Below are positions 27,165 through 32,517 of a stretch of DNA of 32,517 nt, piece by piece. A program made the translations under genes and the position numbers. The stretch's first letter is position 1, and the number at the start of each line of letters is the position of its first letter. Origin of the DNA: Candidatus Coatesbacteria bacterium (lineage in GTDB: Bacteria; JAFGND01); the NCBI GenBank assembly GCA_016927185.1, contig JAFGND010000099.1, positions 1 to 32,517 of the forward strand, read 5' to 3'. The notes below the pieces were generated by a model, which saw nothing but the letters and a program-made list of their open reading frames with translations, had not been told where the DNA came from and ran no database searches.

Positions 27165-27881
27165 TTAGTCGAAAGGTAGAGCATGAATGAATTGCTTGAA
27201 CTTGATATTATCTCTTATTTCATTAAAATTTGGATCTTTCGGCAGCATTGCAAGAAATCTGTATGAAAGACCAGTTTTCAGGACGTATAATTTTTGCAGT
27301 TCTGTAACAGCTCTATCTGGAAATCCCTGTCTTGCATAACAGACAGCAGAATAATAATAAGGAGCTTCATTGTAAACCCAGTAGCTAATGCTGAATCTGA
27401 AATATGTTATTGCTTCATCATATTCATAATGTGAAAGAGAATTCATTCCCTGAAGGAAATAGCTGTTGGATTCTTTAAGAGCTGATGGATCAGGTTTTTG
27501 ATTTGTATAGATGGAGTTGATATTAGAAATTGCCTTCCTGAAGTAATTTGTTTTCCTGATGCCATCAAATGCGTAATCCCAGTAAACTGAATACAAAATC
27601 TGTCTTGACTGAGTGTTATCCTGTTTGGAGAGTAAAAACAAATAGTAGGAAGATTCCTGGCTGTTCTTCTGATTTGCATGAGCACATGCAGCAAAATACA
27701 AGGCAATCGGATTCTCAGGTCTGTTCATCAGAGCTACCTTGAAGAAATCAGCAGATGCCTTCCAATCCTTTTCAAGATATAATCTTATTCCTCTCTGCAT
27801 ATTCCCATCAAAATCCCGGGTATCATATTCTATATCCAGCTTTGCAATAAAGCAGTTAATCATCAGGAGTAAAATAATCAT
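27165..27881 (-). CDS. Exported TPR-like protein with two tandem units
   Basis: Hydrophobic N-terminus; duplicated helical unit (YFAACAHA / YYSAVCYA), each ending in D..F..IR....F. Confidence 0.7.
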   Translation of the reverse strand: MIILLLMINCFIAKLDIEYDTRDFDGNMQRGIRLYLEKDWKASADFFKVALMNRPENPIALYFAACAHANQKNSQESSYYLFLLSKQDNTQSRQILYSVYWDYAFDGIRKTNYFRKAISNINSIYTNQKPDPSALKESNSYFLQGMNSLSHYEYDEAITYFRFSISYWVYNEAPYYYSAVCYARQGFPDRAVTELQKLYVLKTGLSYRFLAMLPKDPNFNEIRDNIKFKQFIHALPFD

Positions 27882-27909
27882 GACATCTCCTAATCCTTTT
27901 TAAATATAT

Positions 27910-29649
27910 TCATTTTATCCTTGAAATCAAGCTATTTTCCAGACTGGAAAATTTCTCCGAAGAAAACTCTTTATATTTTACCAACCAAAGTGATATTGAA
28001 GCAAAGCGAAGAAGAGGGACTATATAATCATCATCTTCCAGAACATAATTGCTGAATTTCAATGGGGAAGGAAGAGTAGTCTTTATCTCATCTAACAAGA
28101 TTTCCAGTGAGGGTCTTATTGTATCGAAATTTTTCGAACTGGAAAAAGAATGGTATCTAGCCGAATTCAAACCTAATTGTATCCTTAGTCTATCATAGCC
28201 TTTTATAAGCAGATTCTCTAATCTGCTATTCCCATTATGCATATAAAAACCATGGCTTTCTAGTGGAATCATTGAAAGATCACTTTTTAAACTTGTCAAT
28301 AGATCCCAGAAAAATCTGGAGTTTCTTGACATTGACTGTGGTATCATGAAAACCTGCTTCGCAAATGCTTGAGTTTCAAGGGGATTGAAAGCAGATAGAT
28401 AATTTCTCTGGATTACTGTCTCCTTTGAGACTCTTTTACCCCTTCTGTTGAATTCATAGTAGTAATAATCAGGAAGGTTTTCTGCCCATTCTGGTATATC
28501 AGAAAGATTTTCAAGTAATGAATCATTTATTTTTTGAGGATCTTCATTAAAGAAAGGATAGTAGTTAGTGAGAAGCTGATTGGACATGAAAATCCTGGGA
28601 TTACTCAGAGCACCATTACAGAAATCATTCAGTATTCCTCTGGGATTTCCCATATAATTACCTTCTATCAAAACCGGTATTTTATCTTTTATAAGCTTAT
28701 AAACTAAATGAGAATGGAGGCTATCCAGATCGCATATACCTTCACCCTCAGATATATGCTCCATGATTATTTGGGGTAATGTCTCAAGGAATTTTGTATC
28801 AGGTATAATATGAAGCAGATCCAGAGAATATTTATCTGAAATTTTCTTCGAAATTATGCAATCAGGGGATTTTGTTTCACCGAACAGGAAGATAGAAGGT
28901 TTTATACCCAGGTTAAGCATTGAACCGAGTATCAATCTTGAATCTAGTCCTCCACTTAAAGCAAGTCTGCTACCTTCTATTCCTGCAACAGGTTTTATGG
29001 TAGTTTCAAGAGTATCTTTGAATATTTCCAATCCAGGAAATTCAATTTTATCTATCTCCTCTGGAAAATATCTTATAGTTTTGCATATTCCTTTTTCTAC
29101 AACAGTCAAGCAGCAAGCTGGAATCTGCTTTATTTCCTTGAATAAGGTTTTATCCCATAAACTATGTCCAAGACAAATTCTTTCATAAACAGAATTCTCA
29201 TCAATATTGCAATCTGCTAATTTGAGTAGAAATGACTGTATGGTAGAAAATGCAATGAATTCTTTTTCGATTCTATAGAAGATTGGAAAGTGATTTCTCA
29301 AATCTGGGGCAAGCAAGACAATCTTGTTTCTGATATCTATATATATTATACACAAATCTCCCCAGTCACTTGATTTCTTTTTGATTATTTCATTCAAGGT
29401 AATTGACTTGCTCTCAAGTTGTCTCAATTCATTAAGGAAAGAAGTACTATCTGAAAAAGAGAATTGATCGTATATCAAATAGCAATCATTTTTCAGCTTT
29501 ATTATATGTTTTTCTTTATCAGAATATTGAACATTTTTATATCCTGCAAACAAGCCGTCATCTAACACTTCTTCATCAAAAAAGGAGCATTTCTCAAAGT
29601 TTATTTTACCTGTTGTTGAAAGCAAAGCATAAATTCCGTGAAAATCCAT
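27910..29649 (-). CDS. Asparagine synthetase-like ATP-dependent amide ligase lacking the N-terminal catalytic Cys
   Basis: LSGGLDSR PP-loop; D....PIFY and TLFKEIKQIP Ntn-domain remnants; N-terminus MDFHGIY instead of MCGI. Confidence 0.78.
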   Translation of the reverse strand: MDFHGIYALLSTTGKINFEKCSFFDEEVLDDGLFAGYKNVQYSDKEKHIIKLKNDCYLIYDQFSFSDSTSFLNELRQLESKSITLNEIIKKKSSDWGDLCIIYIDIRNKIVLLAPDLRNHFPIFYRIEKEFIAFSTIQSFLLKLADCNIDENSVYERICLGHSLWDKTLFKEIKQIPACCLTVVEKGICKTIRYFPEEIDKIEFPGLEIFKDTLETTIKPVAGIEGSRLALSGGLDSRLILGSMLNLGIKPSIFLFGETKSPDCIISKKISDKYSLDLLHIIPDTKFLETLPQIIMEHISEGEGICDLDSLHSHLVYKLIKDKIPVLIEGNYMGNPRGILNDFCNGALSNPRIFMSNQLLTNYYPFFNEDPQKINDSLLENLSDIPEWAENLPDYYYYEFNRRGKRVSKETVIQRNYLSAFNPLETQAFAKQVFMIPQSMSRNSRFFWDLLTSLKSDLSMIPLESHGFYMHNGNSRLENLLIKGYDRLRIQLGLNSARYHSFSSSKNFDTIRPSLEILLDEIKTTLPSPLKFSNYVLEDDDYIVPLLRFASISLWLVKYKEFSSEKFSSLENSLISRIK

Positions 29650-29754
29650 TGATGGCTTGTGTTTGAAAAAGGATTAAAAAATTCAAGAAAAACTTGCTTT
29701 TGAGGTTGGTATTTGTAAAAAAAATTACTTGCCTGTTATAAGCATTTCAGTTTT

Positions 29755-30567
29755 TCAGTCTTTGAGAATAAAAGAAAGAATTTGTTTTCTTATAGTTCCT
29801 TTGTTTGCATATAGAATTGTCCCTACATGATCATATTTTTCAGCAATATATAAACTGTTTTCTATATTTAATGAATCAAGCCTTCTCTTGAAATCATTGT
29901 ATATGAGATTAAGAACCTCATAATCTTTACCACCATATATCAAAAGGAATTTTGGAGAATTCCTGTTAATATAATGATAAGGAGACGCATTTTTCCAGCA
30001 TGATGTATCTTCCCCGAAATTTTCCTTATACCAGTCAAGTGCTATTGAACTTCTACTAAATGATATTTCAAGGGGACTGCTTATAGCTATAACTCCAGCT
30101 ATTGCTGCTGGATCATTTTTTCTCTCTCCAAGATAACTTCTGTCAAGAGCTAATAATGAGACAAGATGTCCTCCTGAACTATGCCCTGACAGAAATATCC
30201 TGTTTGGATTTCCCCCATATGAAGCAATATTGTCCCTTACCCATTTGAAGGAATTTGCCAGATCTGAAACTTGCGAAGGATGCTTGTGCAAAGGAGATAA
30301 TCTATAGTTAGGGACAACAACAATTATACCTTCTTTTGCAAAAGACATGGCAAATTCATTGAAATTATCCTTACTGCCGGACCTCCATGCTCCACCATGA
30401 GCAAAAATCAGGACTGGAGCTTTCTTCAAACCTTGCTTGTAATAGATATCAAGCTTTTGTCTTTCATCCTTGCTGTTTTTAATATAGTTTAAATTTTTCT
30501 CTACATGAATATCTGATGAGCAGCTATAAATAAACAGCAAAAATAAAAACAGAAACTCTTTCTTCAT
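29755..30567 (-). CDS. Lipoprotein alpha/beta hydrolase (HSL-family esterase/lipase)
   Basis: Lipobox IYSC; LDIY, HGGAW, NYRLSP, GHSSGG nucleophile elbow, ASP, G..D, DH. Confidence 0.9.
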   Translation of the reverse strand: MKKEFLFLFLLFIYSCSSDIHVEKNLNYIKNSKDERQKLDIYYKQGLKKAPVLIFAHGGAWRSGSKDNFNEFAMSFAKEGIIVVVPNYRLSPLHKHPSQVSDLANSFKWVRDNIASYGGNPNRIFLSGHSSGGHLVSLLALDRSYLGERKNDPAAIAGVIAISSPLEISFSRSSIALDWYKENFGEDTSCWKNASPYHYINRNSPKFLLIYGGKDYEVLNLIYNDFKRRLDSLNIENSLYIAEKYDHVGTILYANKGTIRKQILSFILKD

Positions 30568-32165
30568 ATTTGTTTCTCAAGTAAATAAATCTGGAAACTG
30601 TGATCCTTGATGCTTTTTTCCCTAATGAATTTGAAACCGAATTCTGTTTCATAAAAGCTAAAAAGGCTTGAGAGATCTTCATCCCCGAGTTTTATTGTAT
30701 CGCATAGCCATATTCTTTTCTTGTTGATAATGTGTTCCCTTATAGCTGTTTTAAGAAGTTCTTCATTCCATTGACCTATGTGAGGGGAAATAAAAACCAG
30801 TTTCATATCAGGTTTTTTGCTTAACTCATTCAGGAAATACTTCTGGTTAATAAGCATCAGATCTTCCCTGTGAATACATATGAATTCAGCAAAACCTGAC
30901 AAATAGAATCCAACATCCCCGAAAATATATTTTCCAGCTACTCCTTGACTTATAATAACATCTTCACCTTTCCTGTAATTAGCTTTCAGGTAAGTAGCAA
31001 TTTTTTTCGAAGGTCCATATATTTTGTCCATTCTGTAATTATAATCACTATAGATAGATATGGAAATGAAAAGAAGAATAATGACAAGCATAAAAATCCT
31101 TTTTATTCTTAACAAACCATAAGATATGAAAATGAAAATGTAAGGCAGGAAGATTATAAAGAAGCGTTTCTGATTAACAGGATTAAGCAAGAGAGATGCC
31201 AACAAGGCAAACAAGGGAGGCAACCATATGAATAAATTAAGAAACAGGTTTTCCCTTAGTCTCGTTCTGAAATAGTAAACAGAGATACCAAGAATAAGTG
31301 CGATTAAAAGATAGCCAATTATGGTTACTGGCAAAGGTTTAAGATAATATCCAAAAAAGTACCATCTAAAAAGACTGACGAAATCCATAAAAGGAGAAAT
31401 TCCCTTGAAAATAGCCTGTTCTTTCAGTACTCTTGCATGCTTCATGAATGTCATGATATATGGAATGAAAAAGATGAAAGTCATGAATAGCGGATATATT
31501 TCTTTCAGAGTTTTGAAGTTTATCTTCTTGATATTTACTAATAAAAAATAAAGCCACTGAATCGCAAGGAGAGGTATCATGAAATAATGTGTATATAATC
31601 CTGAAGCTGAAACAAGACTGTATATAAGAGCATATTTAATTTTCTTTTTATCCAGATATAACAGGAAAAACAATGAAGAAGTACTTGAGATTAATAGTAA
31701 CAGACTGTACATTCGAATTTCTCTTGAATAATAAAGAAAAGCGCTTGAAAAAATCATGAGCAGTGAAGAAAGGAATGCTGTTTTGCTGTCATTATATATT
31801 TTCAGAGCTAAGTAATAAGTTGAAATGATGGACAAGAGAGCGAAAAAACTGGAAAATAGTCTGAGATGTATTTCAAACGGATAAGAAGGAATCTTGTTTG
31901 TCAATTCTTTATAGTTGTTATTTATATCGAAAGGTTTTTGCTCGGGGATTATTTTCCTGTAGAAATGAAGGAGAATATAATACAAAGGTGGATGCGTATC
32001 TTTTGGATATGAATTGAAAGCTATCATTTCTTTCAATGGCATTCCGCTTTCAATCCATGAACCTACTTCATCTATCCAGATCTGCCTTCTAGGGATTAGA
32101 TAGAAGCTCATAATGAAGGCAAGCAGCAATAATAATGATATTCTTGAATATGTCTTATCAAACAT
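30564..32165 (-). CDS. GT-C fold membrane glycosyltransferase (GT39/GT83, PMT_2-like)
   Basis: IWIDE, DTHPPLYY, LR..S, YSREIRMYSL, LYTHYF motifs; many TM segments. Confidence 0.87.
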   Translation of the reverse strand: MFDKTYSRISLLLLLAFIMSFYLIPRRQIWIDEVGSWIESGMPLKEMIAFNSYPKDTHPPLYYILLHFYRKIIPEQKPFDINNNYKELTNKIPSYPFEIHLRLFSSFFALLSIISTYYLALKIYNDSKTAFLSSLLMIFSSAFLYYSREIRMYSLLLLISSTSSLFFLLYLDKKKIKYALIYSLVSASGLYTHYFMIPLLAIQWLYFLLVNIKKINFKTLKEIYPLFMTFIFFIPYIMTFMKHARVLKEQAIFKGISPFMDFVSLFRWYFFGYYLKPLPVTIIGYLLIALILGISVYYFRTRLRENLFLNLFIWLPPLFALLASLLLNPVNQKRFFIIFLPYIFIFISYGLLRIKRIFMLVIILLFISISIYSDYNYRMDKIYGPSKKIATYLKANYRKGEDVIISQGVAGKYIFGDVGFYLSGFAEFICIHREDLMLINQKYFLNELSKKPDMKLVFISPHIGQWNEELLKTAIREHIINKKRIWLCDTIKLGDEDLSSLFSFYETEFGFKFIREKSIKDHSFQIYLLEKQI

Positions 32166-32166
32166 T

Positions 32167-32517
32167 TCAGATTCCTTTTATCTCAATTTTTTCTTTAATC
32201 TTCACTCTATAAATATCAGAAGCAAAGCTCTTCCAGTAAGATTCATCTATGTCAATTATTCCAATAATTCTGTTATTGATTTTCACTGGATTTTTTCTGA
32301 AATAACGAACCCATGGGATACTTTTGTATTTTAAATTGTACTGTGATTCATCAATAGATATATAATTTATTCCTTTTTCTTGTACAAAAAGATGTTGCAA
32401 AGTCTTGTCTTCATAGCTTGTTTTCATTCTCAAGTCCATCTCAATTCCTAAAGATGCAGAAGAACTTATAAATATTGAATTGTTCTTATAATTCTTTTTT
32501 TTGAATTCTTCGAAAAA
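32167..32517 (-). CDS. 3' end of a gene truncated by the window edge (product unknown)
   Basis: Frame of ORF 32167..32439 stays open to the end of the window (FFEEFKKKNYKNNSIFISSSASLGIE precedes the Met); stop lies 1 nt from the next start. Confidence 0.75.
   Translation of the reverse strand, partial: FFEEFKKKNYKNNSIFISSSASLGIEMDLRMKTSYEDKTLQHLFVQEKGINYISIDESQYNLKYKSIPWVRYFRKNPVKINNRIIGIIDIDESYWKSFASDIYRVKIKEKIEIKGI

Noticed and set aside
27910-29754. Lasso peptide biosynthetic cluster
   Set aside because: No B1 (RRE) or B2 protease gene and no precursor ORF nearby
224-32334. Other 60-110 aa ORFs nested in or antisense to the called genes
   Set aside because: They overlap well-supported CDSs and lack SD sites and motifs
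32167-32439. Stand-alone 90-aa protein
   Set aside because: The frame is open to the window end, so it is the C-terminus of a longer gene

Overview
AT-rich, densely coding window from an anaerobic diderm bacterium that uses AGGAGG Shine-Dalgarno sites and TTGACA-type promoters, so it is probably not a Bacteroidia genome (lineage is inference). From left to right it holds: (1) a small bacterial microcompartment (BMC) cluster (BMC-H shell, acylating aldehyde dehydrogenase, PduL with an extra C-terminal domain) coupled to VanZ, GT4, WecA-like and purine nucleoside phosphorylase genes; (2) a glutaredoxin plus ferredoxin:disulfide reductase-rubredoxin pair; (3) a polyprenol-P-mannose synthase plus YfhO-like GT-C pair, a secreted basic protein and an M50 protease; (4) a type IX secretion (T9SS)-like region with a PorZ-like propeller, three predicted outer-membrane barrels (one with a long Lys-rich region), a WcaJ/WbaP-like transferase, two tandem 8-blade PQQ-type propeller cargos with short CTDs, tdh, and a PorU-like C25 sortase preceded by TPR, Cys-less asparagine-synthetase-like, esterase and GT-C genes. 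The best candidates for something undescribed are a T9SS-type sortase/glycan-anchoring system outside Bacteroidota and a minimal BMC locus linked to nucleoside phosphorylase. I recognised no rRNA, tRNA, CRISPR array or mobile element. All calls rest on visual motif recognition; no searches were run.
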